Source: Aulosira sp. ZfuVER01 (lineage in GTDB: Bacteria; Cyanobacteriota; Cyanobacteriia; Cyanobacteriales; Nostocaceae). Taken from it: a stretch of 64,000 nt of DNA. This document shows, one piece after another, positions 1-10,355 of the stretch. The notes under the pieces are model-generated. The model was not told the origin of the DNA. It worked only from the letters and a program-made list of their open reading frames with translations, and searched no databases. The stretch covers positions 1 through 64,000 of the forward strand of contig JAVRCV020000032.1 of NCBI GenBank assembly GCA_034530615.2, in the 5' to 3' direction. The translations under genes and the position numbers were made by a program. Within the stretch, counting starts at the first letter, position 1, and each line of letters opens with the position of its first letter.

Positions 1-64
1 CTTTTTCCTGAAGCTTTTAATTCCTCTTACCACCTCAAAATCAGCGAACGGACAGGTTTATCAC

Positions 65-72
65 GCGATCGC
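65..72. repeat. HIP1 octamer GCGATCGC (one example; recurs throughout the window)
   Basis: GCGATCGC at 65-72, 5283-5290 and many other coding and intergenic sites; hallmark of cyanobacterial genomes. Confidence 0.95.
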
Positions 73-156
73 GAAATTGCTATCCTGCAAACATTACATC
101 AATGAGCAATACAGATGCGGATAATGAGGGGTCTGATTTCTGATACTGACAGCCTG

Positions 157-438
157 TTAATTGTGCTGCAAAAACTCAACCTTGGGTAATAAAGGATCGT
201 TAACAATACCCACACCGTTAAAACCCCAGCGTTTGAGTAAACTACTCACCTGCGTCCCAGGAATAGATTCTACAGCAAAGCGGTTTGCCACCTCTGCGGC
301 GTGGGTGTTGAGATAGCTCAGAGCATCAAAGTTTTCTTTAAACAACAACAAATAACCCGATGCTTCAGCGTTAGGACGCGCTGTGAGATAACGACCATCA
401 GATTTTGAGCGCACCAGATAATATACTTCAGAGAGCAT
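157..438 (-). CDS. Conserved hypothetical protein
   Basis: 93-aa ORF with ATG start and globular composition, co-oriented with neighbours. Confidence 0.75.
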   Translation of the reverse strand: MLSEVYYLVRSKSDGRYLTARPNAEASGYLLLFKENFDALSYLNTHAAEVANRFAVESIPGTQVSSLLKRWGFNGVGIVNDPLLPKVEFLQHN

Positions 439-510
439 GGCGAAGAGATGAGGAGACGGGGATGAGACAAGGAGGAAAAGGAAGAAATAATGACTTTTCC
501 CTATCGCTTT

Positions 511-544
511 TTGACTGTTGACTGTTGACCCTTGACTGTTGACT
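511..544. repeat. STRR-type 7-bp tandem repeat (TTGACTG)n
   Basis: ttgactg ttgactg ttgaccc ttgactg ttgact; related arrays at about 1596-1697, 23107-23150 and 25517-25545. Confidence 0.85.
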
Positions 545-1589
545 AATTCAAATTTTCTAAGCGAATGCGTGGATCGGCAAGCTTCAGCATTAAGTCAGCA
601 GCTAAATTACCAATAATTAAGAGTACTGCTCCCATTACCAAGCTTGCCATTAATAAATACAAATCTTGAGCTTGTAAAGCTTGTAAAGTTAACCTACCTA
701 AACCTGGCCAGTTAAAGAACTGTTCGGCAATGAATGCACCGTTTAATAAACCAGCTAACTCAAAACCCAATAAGGTAATTAAAGGGTTGATAGCATTGCG
801 TAGAGCATGAACATAAATCACCCGGTTTTCTGGCAATCCTTTGGCACGAGCCGTTTGGATATAATCTTGACGCAGAACATCTAATAATTCGCCACGAGTA
901 ATGCGTTGCAAGCCAGCAAAACTTGTAATCGAAAGCGCGATCGTTGGTAAAATCATGTGCCAACCAAGATCGAGGAGTTTGCCAAACCAAGACAGTTCAG
1001 AGTTATTAATGCTAGTCATCCCACCCACGGGAAAAACAGGTGAGGTGACTTGAGCTAAGATCAGTAGAAATAGGGCAGTTATGAAACTAGGAAATCCTTG
1101 TCCGGTGTAGCTAATTACCTGTAATACGCGGTCAATTAACTTATTTTGCTTAACGGCGGCGATAATTCCTAAAGGGATAGCGATCGCCCAGGTGATAATT
1201 AAAGAAGCGATCGCTAACAGCAAAGTCGCTGGTATTCGCTCTCCCAACAGCGAAGCTACAGAGCGTTGGTACACAAAACTCGTACCAAAATCTCCTTTTG
1301 TAAAGATTCGCCACAGCCATAATCCAAATTGCTCTGGCCAAGACTTATCTAAACCAAACTGTCGCTTTATTTCCTCAATTCTTTCGGGAGAGATTTTTGG
1401 GTTTTGTCGCAATGTATCTACATAATCCCCTGGAGCCAGTTGAATAATGAAAAATGACAATGCCGACGCTAAGAATAAGGTCAACAGTGCCTGTAGTAGC
1501 CTTTTCATTACATAAATAAAAGTCTCACTCGTGACCAGCCTAACTAGCCAGTCCCTACTTGTCTCCAGAGAAATTCTTGTAGATGTCAT
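543..1589 (-). CDS. Peptide/nickel ABC transporter permease (OppB/DppB family)
   Basis: LAPGD, FGLDK, GDFGTS, EAA loop TARAKGL...HALRNA, WPGLG; ATG at 1589 preferred because the upstream extension lies in an STRR. Confidence 0.92.
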   Translation of the reverse strand: MTSTRISLETSRDWLVRLVTSETFIYVMKRLLQALLTLFLASALSFFIIQLAPGDYVDTLRQNPKISPERIEEIKRQFGLDKSWPEQFGLWLWRIFTKGDFGTSFVYQRSVASLLGERIPATLLLAIASLIITWAIAIPLGIIAAVKQNKLIDRVLQVISYTGQGFPSFITALFLLILAQVTSPVFPVGGMTSINNSELSWFGKLLDLGWHMILPTIALSITSFAGLQRITRGELLDVLRQDYIQTARAKGLPENRVIYVHALRNAINPLITLLGFELAGLLNGAFIAEQFFNWPGLGRLTLQALQAQDLYLLMASLVMGAVLLIIGNLAADLMLKLADPRIRLENLN

Positions 1590-1697
1590 ATGCAGTGAGT
1601 CAAGGGTCAACGATCAAGTGTCAAGAGTCATCGGTCATGAGTCAAGGGTCTTTAATTGGGACTTTTGACTATGGACTGTGGACTTTTGAACTCTTGA

Positions 1698-2216
1698 CTA
1701 ATATTCAATCAGGGAGATAATCGGCACATCTGGCAGATGTTTACGTCCTTGTAAATCCCGTAGCTCGATAATAAACCCAAAGCCCACTAATTCGCAGCCA
1801 ATTTTCTGTAATAACTTCGCAGTTGCACTCGCCGTTCCGCCTGTGGCAATTAAATCGTCCACAATTAAAACTCGGCTACCTGGGTGTAACGCATCCTGAT
1901 GTACTTCTAAGGAGTCTGTACCATACTCCAATTCATATTCGATGGAATGTACTGCTCCTGGTAACTTGCCTTTTTTGCGGGCGGGAATAAAACCAGATCC
2001 TAATTTATAAGCCAAAGGAGAACCAAAAATAAAGCCCCGTGACTCCATTCCCACAATGTAATCTGGGGTCATTTCACTGTCTATACACTGTTGAGCAAAA
2101 AAGTCAATAGTATAGCGCAGTCCTTGAGGATCGCGCAGTAGCGTAGTGATATCTCGAAATAAAATTCCAGGTTTGGGAAAATCTGGGATATCACGAATTA
2201 GCGACTTCAAATCCAT
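1698..2216 (-). CDS. apt: Adenine phosphoribosyltransferase
   Basis: [37 protein letters not shown] motif [10 protein letters not shown]; true start MDLKS at 2216. Confidence 0.97.
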   Translation of the reverse strand: MDLKSLIRDIPDFPKPGILFRDITTLLRDPQGLRYTIDFFAQQCIDSEMTPDYIVGMESRGFIFGSPLAYKLGSGFIPARKKGKLPGAVHSIEYELEYGTDSLEVHQDALHPGSRVLIVDDLIATGGTASATAKLLQKIGCELVGFGFIIELRDLQGRKHLPDVPIISLIEY

Positions 2217-2248
2217 AAAAATTGGTATTAGGGATTGATTATTAGGAA

Positions 2249-2290
2249 TTGGTGATTGGGCATTGGGCATTGGGTATTGGGCATTGGTCA
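2249..2290. repeat. STRR 7-bp repeat (ATTGGGC/ATTGGGT)
   Basis: attgggc attgggc attgggt attgggc attggtc; explains the spurious N-terminal extension of apt. Confidence 0.85.
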
Positions 2291-2726
2291 AGAGTCAAAA
2301 CTCAAGGGTCAACATTTTCCCCTGCTCCCCTGCTTTGTCTCCCTCATACTCCTTGTCCCTCCGAAGTTCAGATCGCCGTAAGCCGGCGCTCCGACTTCTC
2401 TCCTTGTCCCCCTTGTCCCCAATTCCCGATACCTGACAAATCGTACACTATAATGTCATACGCTGGGGATCGAAGCTCAAGTTTCGCCATCCATTGACGA
2501 TAACTTGAATCTAACTCAAGCTAGGGATGGAATTGCACTACCGAATGAGGCTGATACACTTATGTGTTAACAACTTAGATTTCAGTATACGGAAACTTTT
2601 GAGTAGAAGAAGTAATGTATATATCAAGCAGTACTAATACTGCTACAAGCCTCATGTTTTTTGTATGGCTATTTATCTTAAATTAGTTTTACCTAGTCTG
2701 TTGGAACCGCACAAGGTATCTATAGA

Positions 2727-3353
2727 ATGAATGTCTCCGCTAGTTTAACGCCTTTCAACAGTCCTACTCCCCCGTCATTGCCTATGATTCTGGATACCTT
2801 ACCCGATCCGGCGACCGAGGGGCAAGGATGTCCCCGCCGAACTCGGGTACAAATCGATCTGATTTTACTAGCAATTGAAGCTTTAGAACTGGGTGGTTCT
2901 GAAGCCATCCTAACTTTTGCTGAAGAATTGGATTTAAAAGGAATTATTAAAGATAGGGTGAATCTGTGGCGAATGCGTAGCTCTAACCCACTACGAAGAG
3001 CACATATGCGTCGCCCTTTAACCATCATGGAAGCGAAAGCTTTGGTGGTCATTGCTTGTTACATAGCGCGGCGTTTGACAGTGGTTATCCGCCAGTTGCT
3101 GATGATTTATCAACAAATGAATGAAAAGCAGATCCCATTGGAACAGAATTTGCGACTCTCTAATTATCTAGAGCGGTTTAGAACGCATTTTAAGAGTAGG
3201 ATGAGTTCCCGGCGTTATGGCGCACTAGCATTAAATTCTGACGAAAAATTAGACGGTCTGGCTATAGATTTGTTGGGACAACTACTCTTCTGTACTGGCA
3301 CGGCTGGAATGCAGCGGTTCTGGATCAGTCTTTTCGATGGAGAAGTAGAATGA
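2727..3353 (+). CDS. Conserved cyanobacterial protein (DUF3038-like)
   Basis: IDLILLAIEAL, NLWRMRSSNPLRR, LLFCTGTAGMQRFWISLFDGE; stop overlaps the next start (ATGA). Confidence 0.8.
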   Translation: MNVSASLTPFNSPTPPSLPMILDTLPDPATEGQGCPRRTRVQIDLILLAIEALELGGSEAILTFAEELDLKGIIKDRVNLWRMRSSNPLRRAHMRRPLTIMEAKALVVIACYIARRLTVVIRQLLMIYQQMNEKQIPLEQNLRLSNYLERFRTHFKSRMSSRRYGALALNSDEKLDGLAIDLLGQLLFCTGTAGMQRFWISLFDGEVE

Positions 3354-4840
3354 ATATTCAACGTAAATATAGTCTACCTAATTGCACGTTACTTTTAGAA
3401 GGTTTAAGTGATGCCAGCAGGGCTGCACACTTTCAAGAGCTACGTCCAGAATTATCAATATTGGTAAATGCAGAATGCTATTTATCTAGTTATAATCAGC
3501 CTTTAGCAGGTGGACGGGAGTTTTTTGAAAGCTTGGTGAGGGCTGTTAGTGCTTATGCTCAAGAATTTTTGAGTAATGTACCAAATCCTCAAGCACATAA
3601 TCGGGATTCAGAGTTAGTAGAGTTACAAAAAATAGACATCGATCGCCACAGATTGATTGTACATTCGGAGGGTGAAGCAGCAGGTTTTGATGCTAACCCT
3701 AGCCGGACTAAAGAGCCTATTCAAATAGATTTGAATACAGTACAGTTATTTGACTTAGTGGAAGCGGTGGATCAATTTTTTGCTGACACCCAAACTCTAC
3801 CAGAGCTATCACTGGAATTACAACCAGTTGCCAGACGCAGTAGTCTTGCTAGTCAAGCTGTGTTGAAGCAGGCAGTACCTGCTAGTGTTGGAGTTTCAAG
3901 TTTAGCAGTAGCAGCGCTTGCTTTAAGCCTGATTCCATCGCCTCAAGTACGTCCACCAGAGCCAAAGTCACAAGATCAAACTAACTCTACAACACCTAGT
4001 ACTACACCTAGCGCTACTCCTGCGGCGGTTGAGTCTACAGTTCCTGCATCGGCTATCACTCCCACTGCTAACCCAACTGTGACACCTACAGCTACAGCTG
4101 CTGCAACTCCTATAGCTAGCCCCACCCCGACAGCAACCCCCGCAGTTAAAGATTTAGAAGCACTTTTAACTACAGTCCCAGAAATTACCGATGCGTCTAA
4201 GCTACGTGCATTAAATCGCCAACTGTACAACCAAATTAATCCAGCTTGGACTAATCGCTCAGGATTACAAGAGGATTTAGTGTATCGTGTGGGTACGGCT
4301 GCGGATGGTGCGATTATTGGCTATAAGGCAGTGAATAAAAAGGCAAATGAGGATATACAAAAAACTCCTCTACCTAACTTACTTTACAATCCTGCTAACC
4401 GTAGTTCTATTAGTAACGAACCAATTGCCCAATTTAAAGTTGTCCTTACTAGATCGGGTGTACTGGAAGTTAGCCCTTGGCGAGGATATGCTAAGACACC
4501 AGAAGTTGTTGGGGCAAAAATTACTGACCCTAAAGCAGTTAAGGACTTAAGCCAGAAGCTTTACAATACAGTTCGCCAAAACTGGGCTGGTACACCCAAC
4601 TTTGAGAGATATTTGAAGTATCGGGTAGCGGTCAACAAAGATGGTACGATCGCCGATTATGAACCGCTTAACCAAGTTGCCTATGACTATGCTAGGGAAA
4701 CTCCCCTTCCCCAGATGTTACAAGCAGCTTACGGCTCCAATTTGGTTGCTCCCAACACCAAAGAGCCTCTTGCCCACTTCCAAGTAATATTTCAGCCGAG
4801 TGGGAAATTAGACATCGCTCCCTGGCGTGGATATCAATGA
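3350..4840 (+). CDS. DUF4335-like membrane-anchored protein with Pro/Thr linker and duplicated C-terminal domain
   Basis: YSLPNCTLLLEG N-terminus, QLFDLVEAVDQF, one TM, two repeats ending A(Q/H)F.V....G.L...PWRGY. Confidence 0.8.
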   Translation: MNIQRKYSLPNCTLLLEGLSDASRAAHFQELRPELSILVNAECYLSSYNQPLAGGREFFESLVRAVSAYAQEFLSNVPNPQAHNRDSELVELQKIDIDRHRLIVHSEGEAAGFDANPSRTKEPIQIDLNTVQLFDLVEAVDQFFADTQTLPELSLELQPVARRSSLASQAVLKQAVPASVGVSSLAVAALALSLIPSPQVRPPEPKSQDQTNSTTPSTTPSATPAAVESTVPASAITPTANPTVTPTATAAATPIASPTPTATPAVKDLEALLTTVPEITDASKLRALNRQLYNQINPAWTNRSGLQEDLVYRVGTAADGAIIGYKAVNKKANEDIQKTPLPNLLYNPANRSSISNEPIAQFKVVLTRSGVLEVSPWRGYAKTPEVVGAKITDPKAVKDLSQKLYNTVRQNWAGTPNFERYLKYRVAVNKDGTIADYEPLNQVAYDYARETPLPQMLQAAYGSNLVAPNTKEPLAHFQVIFQPSGKLDIAPWRGYQ

Positions 4841-4946
4841 TCGAGCAGGGAACGAGGACAAGGGGGACACGGGGACACGGGAGATAAGGGAGCAGAGGAG
4901 AAATAACTAATGACTATTGCCTTCTTGACAAATGACAACTGGCTAT

Positions 4947-7217
4947 TTACTTAACAATTCGCCCCATATAATTACCCCATAACTGAGCCGCTTGCGCACT
5001 ACTACCAGATGTGGGGGAGTTATTGTCGTTTCCTAGCCAAATCCCAGTAACCAACCGTCGACTGGGAATAAAGCCAATAAACCACAAGTCAACGTTATTA
5101 TTCGTTGTACCTGTTTTACCAGCTTCCCCTAATCCAATGGACGCACTGCGACCTGTACCCCTGGTTACTACCCCCCGCATTAAACTAGTCATTTCATCGG
5201 CTACATCATTTGATAGCACTCGTTTGTTGCCATCAGGATCTTGGTCGAAGGAGTAAATCACGCGGCAGGTTTTTAAATCTTTGCGATCGCGACAATCACC
5301 ACTGTCTAAAATCCGACTAATTGCATGGGGAGGATTCCATACCCCACGATTGCCAATTGCGCCAAAAGCTCCAGTCATTTCCAACACATTCACCACGCTT
5401 TGACCCAGAACCAAGCCAGGAACCGGATCGAGCGCCGATTTTATTCCCAAACGTTGGGCCATTGCTACTACTTTATCAAGCCCGATTTCTCGCGCCACTC
5501 GCAAGGCAATGGGGTTTTCCGACTGTGCTAAACCTGTAGCTATATCTAAACTAGTATCAGCACCAGCACGACAGGGTTTGTAAGTAAAGCCTTGCCAAGT
5601 TAGAGGAGCGCAGGAATAACTCCTAAATGGTGAAATTCCTTGCTGAATGGCAGCGGTGTAAGCAAAAATTTTAAAGGTTGAACCTGGTTGCCTTTTGGCT
5701 TGAACTGCACGATTAAATTGGCTTTTTTTGTAATCTGTGCCCCCTACCATAGCCAAGATACCGCCTGTGCTGGAATCTAAGGTAACGATCGCTCCTTGGG
5801 AAAAGCCAAAACTTGAGCCAGCGTTATTCACCGAATTCCGTAATGCTGCTTCTGCTTGCGTCTGAATTGCTGGATCTAGCTGGGTTTCGATAATATAATT
5901 GCCCTCTTTTGCTGCTCCTTCCCCCAAAATTGATTCGAGTTCTTGGAAGACATAGCTGTAAAAATAGGGACTGATGGTTTTGGCTTGCTGTTCGCAAACC
6001 TTAGGACTCACTTGGACAGTAGAACGCCTAGCACGGTTGGCATCCTCCGCTTTGATTTGCCCCATTTCTACCATTCGCTTAATCACGCGGTTGCGGTATT
6101 CAGCTGCTTCTAGCTTATTTTGACCATCGCCACAAAAATCGAAAGCGTTAGGGCCTGGTAAAATTCCTACCAAGGTTGCGGCTTCTGCCAAAGTTAATTC
6201 TTTAGCCGACTTTTCAAAGTAATATTTAGCAGCATCCTCAAAGCCAGAGGTATCCGCCCCTAAAAACACTCGATTTAAATAAGTCAGCAAAATGTCGTCT
6301 TTGCTGTAAAACGTCTCTAGCTTGAGAGCAACTACTGCTTCCCGCAATTTCCGCCCTAGGGAATCTTGTCTGCCTACATAATCGCGGAATAAACTGCGGG
6401 CAACTTGTTGAGTAACAGTACTAGCTCCTTGCTGGACATCACCACTGCGGCTATTAATCAGCACCGCACGCAAAATACCCAAGGGGTCAACCCCAAAGTG
6501 CCAATAATAGCGACTATCCTCAGAGGCGACCACAGCTTTTGCTAAATAAGGGCCAAAATCCTCCAACCGCTTCATGTCTACGTGCGATGTAGTTCTCGGC
6601 TCCCGTAGTGGAGTAGCGCCATCACGGGCGTAAACAATCACTGGGGCGCGAGTGGTTGTAGGTAGAGGTCTTACCGAGAATTTCAGCCATTCAACACCAA
6701 TTACCAAAGCCAATAAAGCACTGACCCCACCAACACCATAGGCTGTCCAAGTGGCTGCTTTCACATACCAAGCTGGTGGATCGACATATTGCAGGCGCAC
6801 GGAAGCAGCAAGTTCTGGCGGGCCTAAGGTGAGGATATCACCATGACGTAATTCCAAAGAAGTAACCCGTCGCTTGCCTCGGTAAATGCCATTAGTCGAG
6901 TTTTCGTCTTTGATGATGAAAACGGGGGTGCGTTGTGTAGAATCCCGCGATAGCGACAGATGAATTTGACTGACTACTGGGTTACGGATCACTATATCGC
7001 TAGATTTGGAACTGCGACCTAAAATATAGCGATCGCCTAACAACGGATATACCTCCGCCTTATCTGCCCCCGCATCCTGCACCCATAGTTCCGGTACTTT
7101 GGCATTAGGCTTAAGCGCTAGTTTGGAAAAATCAACTCTAGCTTGAATTGTGTGTACTGCTTGCGTCAGTTGACCAAGTATCGTTTGCGGCTTTTGAGGG
7201 GGTTGCGGGGAACTCAT
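4947..7217 (-). CDS. Class A penicillin-binding protein with N-terminal FHA domain
   Basis: FHA (LGRS, VSQIH, STNG); TM; transglycosylase (EDSRY, GASTVTQQ, RKLRE); transpeptidase STFK/SEN/KTG. Confidence 0.93.
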   Translation of the reverse strand: MSSPQPPQKPQTILGQLTQAVHTIQARVDFSKLALKPNAKVPELWVQDAGADKAEVYPLLGDRYILGRSSKSSDIVIRNPVVSQIHLSLSRDSTQRTPVFIIKDENSTNGIYRGKRRVTSLELRHGDILTLGPPELAASVRLQYVDPPAWYVKAATWTAYGVGGVSALLALVIGVEWLKFSVRPLPTTTRAPVIVYARDGATPLREPRTTSHVDMKRLEDFGPYLAKAVVASEDSRYYWHFGVDPLGILRAVLINSRSGDVQQGASTVTQQVARSLFRDYVGRQDSLGRKLREAVVALKLETFYSKDDILLTYLNRVFLGADTSGFEDAAKYYFEKSAKELTLAEAATLVGILPGPNAFDFCGDGQNKLEAAEYRNRVIKRMVEMGQIKAEDANRARRSTVQVSPKVCEQQAKTISPYFYSYVFQELESILGEGAAKEGNYIIETQLDPAIQTQAEAALRNSVNNAGSSFGFSQGAIVTLDSSTGGILAMVGGTDYKKSQFNRAVQAKRQPGSTFKIFAYTAAIQQGISPFRSYSCAPLTWQGFTYKPCRAGADTSLDIATGLAQSENPIALRVAREIGLDKVVAMAQRLGIKSALDPVPGLVLGQSVVNVLEMTGAFGAIGNRGVWNPPHAISRILDSGDCRDRKDLKTCRVIYSFDQDPDGNKRVLSNDVADEMTSLMRGVVTRGTGRSASIGLGEAGKTGTTNNNVDLWFIGFIPSRRLVTGIWLGNDNNSPTSGSSAQAAQLWGNYMGRIVK

Positions 7218-7656
7218 CGGCTATTTAAATTACGCCTATTAACGAAGAATCAGGAGAATTACAATCCTACTTCATGGTAGTCTTACACCATTTTAGTCAT
7301 AAGCCTAGGCAGAAATTGGTTGTACTGATTTTTTTCTGAATAGATTTTACATCTAAAAAATACTTAATCAGCATATTTACGTTATTCATCCTGAGCAGTT
7401 ATTTACCTAAGCAATTACTGAGATATTCCTTGTAGAATGCTTATTATATATAGTATTAACCGGAATAATGACTCAAGAGAGTAAATTTACTTTTGTAATT
7501 GTCAAAACTACCCACCAAGAAAAACAGGATGTAAATTTTAACGCTTTAATATATCCACATATATTGCAGCAAAAATATACATCCCCATTTAGACAGATTT
7601 TATAAATTATTTTGTTTGATTTAATGGGCGGAGTGTTCCGTTGAGGTTAATTCAGA

Positions 7657-8298
7657 ATGAAGGGAAAAACTCTGAGCCTGATTGGTACAGCCATCACTTT
7701 GGCGCTAACCACCAATGTTGCTGTTGCCGAATCAAGTAAGTCCTCTATAGCTCAATCCAATAGCTCATCCACTAGTTCACCAACGGAAATCAAGATGTCA
7801 CCAGAAGGTATGAAAATTCTGTGTGAGAGATCTCCGCTAAATTCTCGCTGTGCAGGTGGTACACCAGTCAACACCAGTACCCCTGATAGCGGTACAACAA
7901 CTAGTCCTACTCCTGATAGTACAACTCCAGGAAGCACTAGCACACCCGAGTCTAGCCCTTCTGGGACAATGACTCCAGCACCAGACACTACTACACCTGG
8001 TACTGCACCTTCTGATACTACTCCAGCACCAAGAAAACGCACTACCACACCTGATTCTGGTGCTCCCAGCAACATAACTCCAGCACCAGGCGGTACTAGC
8101 ATACCTGATTCTGGTAATCCTGGTAGTGTAGCGCCAGCACCAGCCAGCCCTGGCACTCCTGGTAGTGTAGCGCCAGCACCAGGAAGCATAACTGTGCCTG
8201 ATTCTAGTAACCCAGGTAGTACTACCGAACCAGGTGCTACTTCTCCAACTCCAGTTCCTGGTAGTGAGTTGCCAAAAGCTCCTTCTACTGGTAAATAA
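7657..8298 (+). CDS. Secreted Pro/Thr/Ser-rich low-complexity protein
   Basis: Signal peptide ending AVA, C-x7-C motif, PDS/PGS repeats. Confidence 0.8.
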   Translation: MKGKTLSLIGTAITLALTTNVAVAESSKSSIAQSNSSSTSSPTEIKMSPEGMKILCERSPLNSRCAGGTPVNTSTPDSGTTTSPTPDSTTPGSTSTPESSPSGTMTPAPDTTTPGTAPSDTTPAPRKRTTTPDSGAPSNITPAPGGTSIPDSGNPGSVAPAPASPGTPGSVAPAPGSITVPDSSNPGSTTEPGATSPTPVPGSELPKAPSTGK

Positions 8299-8460
8299 AA
8301 GCTGAGGCAGAATTCTGAGATTAATTTGTCAGCCATAGGATAGTCAGTCGATCTGACATCTTGCACCAGTTAATAAAATTACATACTGTGCAATGCAAAG
8401 TTACAAAAACCAATATCTCAAGTTCTGGTAAAATATCTTTGAATTAAAGATTCAGCTAAT

Positions 8461-8492
8461 TTAAGCCTGGGGGTAAAGACCTCCAGGCTTAA
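8461..8492. terminator. Hairpin between convergent genes (probable bidirectional terminator)
   Basis: TTAAGCCTGGGGGT-AAAG-ACCTCCAGGCTTAA. Confidence 0.7.
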
Positions 8493-8658
8493 TAGTTTCA
8501 AAGCTTGTTGTAGGTTTTTAAAATTCGTATAGTAGTGCGATCGCTGTTTTCACACAGATGAGATAAAGTAATTAACTCCAAAAACTTTATACTACTATTT
8601 TTCTATCCATTTAGCCTCAACTCAAGTATTAGCTAAATCAAAATTTGGATATTAATAA

Positions 8659-9135
8659 TTACCTCGACCTGGGACTTGAAGTTGGTGGTTTTTGCAAAGA
8701 AGCAATGAGCAAACAAACAATACCGATACTTATAAAGGAATCTGCCATATTAAATACAGCAAAGTTAATCAGCCGAAAATCGAGAAAATCAACAACGTAA
8801 CCTAAAATAAACCGATCGATACCATTGCCTACAGCTCCACCTAAAATCAAGCCATAGCCAAGCTGATCCCAGAAGTTTAATAATGGGCCAAATAATGCCA
8901 GTCCGATCAAGACCAAACTCACTCCCAAAGATAGCCAGCGCAACCACTCCACTTTTCCGCTTAAAAGGCTAAAAGCTGCACCAGTGTTGGTAACATAAGT
9001 AAAGTGAAAGACATCTTGTAAAAGTGGTAGTGTTTGTCCCAATTTAAAAGTTTGCACCACCCAGTATTTTGTCAGTTGGTCGATGAAAAAAGCTAGAAAA
9101 GCAGCGAGCCAGAACAGCTGATTTTTTAAACGCAT
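8659..9135 (-). CDS. lspA: Lipoprotein signal peptidase II
   Basis: DQLTK, NTGAAFS, GGAVGNGIDR, VVDF, FNMAD. Confidence 0.97.
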   Translation of the reverse strand: MRLKNQLFWLAAFLAFFIDQLTKYWVVQTFKLGQTLPLLQDVFHFTYVTNTGAAFSLLSGKVEWLRWLSLGVSLVLIGLALFGPLLNFWDQLGYGLILGGAVGNGIDRFILGYVVDFLDFRLINFAVFNMADSFISIGIVCLLIASLQKPPTSSPRSR

Positions 9136-9250
9136 GAAATTAGGAACTAAAGACTAGGAACTAAGGACTAGAGTTTGATACTCCTTCGGATAAAGCATGG
9201 TAGGGATGAGAAGAATAGTTTTTAATTTCCACTCTCTAGCCCCTGCATAA

Positions 9251-9838
9251 CTAGTAAAACATTAAATGTCTTAATACATATGCTATTACAGTAACGGCAC
9301 AAACTACTGTAAATTGTCCTGGTAGTACTGACCAGGAGTATTTCAGAATTGCTTGCATTAATGTCAAATCTTCTGTGCCTGACCACTGGAAAAAGTAGCT
9401 GATAGTCAAATAGGCAATACCGCAGATGTGGACAGATACCAAACCACAAATACAACTAAATGCGAGAGTTTCTACTTTCGGTCTAGCTTTAAATGCTAAC
9501 AGGCCACAAATCCAAGCTCCAGGAATAAAGCCTAGCAAGTAACCAAAGTGAGATAACTTTACATAACCGATACCCCCACCTTCGGAAAAAACTGGTAGCA
9601 ATGTTAAACCCATCACTAAATAAGCGATTTGCGAAAGCGCGCCAGCATTTTTGCCACCTAAACAGCCTACCAGAAGCACTGCACCAATTTGATAGCTGAC
9701 ACCTAAAGAAAAAGTTTGAATTCCGTGCTTACTCCAACTCCAAGGTAAGGTAATGCCATAGGCTTCTAGGAAAGTGCTACCCATTGTTAGGAGTAAGCCA
9801 ATCATGGACCATAGTAATTGATTGGAAGCAGCAAACAT
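9251..9838 (-). CDS. bioY: Biotin transporter BioY
   Basis: YLVMGLTLLPVFSEGGG, GYLLGF; ATG at 9838. Confidence 0.9.
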   Translation of the reverse strand: MFAASNQLLWSMIGLLLTMGSTFLEAYGITLPWSWSKHGIQTFSLGVSYQIGAVLLVGCLGGKNAGALSQIAYLVMGLTLLPVFSEGGGIGYVKLSHFGYLLGFIPGAWICGLLAFKARPKVETLAFSCICGLVSVHICGIAYLTISYFFQWSGTEDLTLMQAILKYSWSVLPGQFTVVCAVTVIAYVLRHLMFY

Positions 9839-10271
9839 TAATATAAAGTAAGAAGGAATAAGCAAGCGAAAGAAATTTTCACAACCAGTATAAGCATTAA
9901 TATTCAAACCAAATTTTTGCTAGCACATTAGATAGTAGATATTTTGATTGTGCAATCAGTACTTTCAAATTAACTCAGGCTCCCAATGCAGAATTTGCAA
10001 AGTCTATAAATAAAATGGTCAGCCGCTAGCGGCTACGCTCCCGTTAAAAATTGAAGCGTTTAATTATACCACCTTTATATTGATTGCAATAGTTTCTCCA
10101 TTACTTGAGCAACCAAAACTACACTAAGACAAACAGATTTTATAGATATGTACTAAATAATTTCTTCGGCATTATATATTACACACATAATTGAATGTAT
10201 AAATTGTATCCAAGAAATCAAGGAGTTCCCTTGAAAAAATTTATCTAAAAAAGACAAATATTTTTCACGTT

Positions 10272-10316
10272 GTTAACCTCTTGTTTACCTTCAAGTTTAC
10301 CTTTTAGAGGTATCTT
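10272..10316 (+). promoter_or_regulatory. Pho box (SphR/PhoB) and -10 element of the pst operon
   Basis: GTTAACCT/GTTTACCT/GTTTACCT at 10272, 10283 and 10295 (11-12 bp period), then TATCTT at 10311. Confidence 0.75.
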
Positions 10317-10355
10317 AGAAGCGCTCACTTGGAAGTTGACTAAAAATTGACAGCA

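Noticed and set aside
2217..2497. N-terminal extension of apt and the 82-aa plus-strand ORF
   Set aside because: Both are translations of STRR and other dispersed repeats
7752..8366. 204-aa minus-strand ORF
   Set aside because: Antisense shadow of the low-complexity secreted protein
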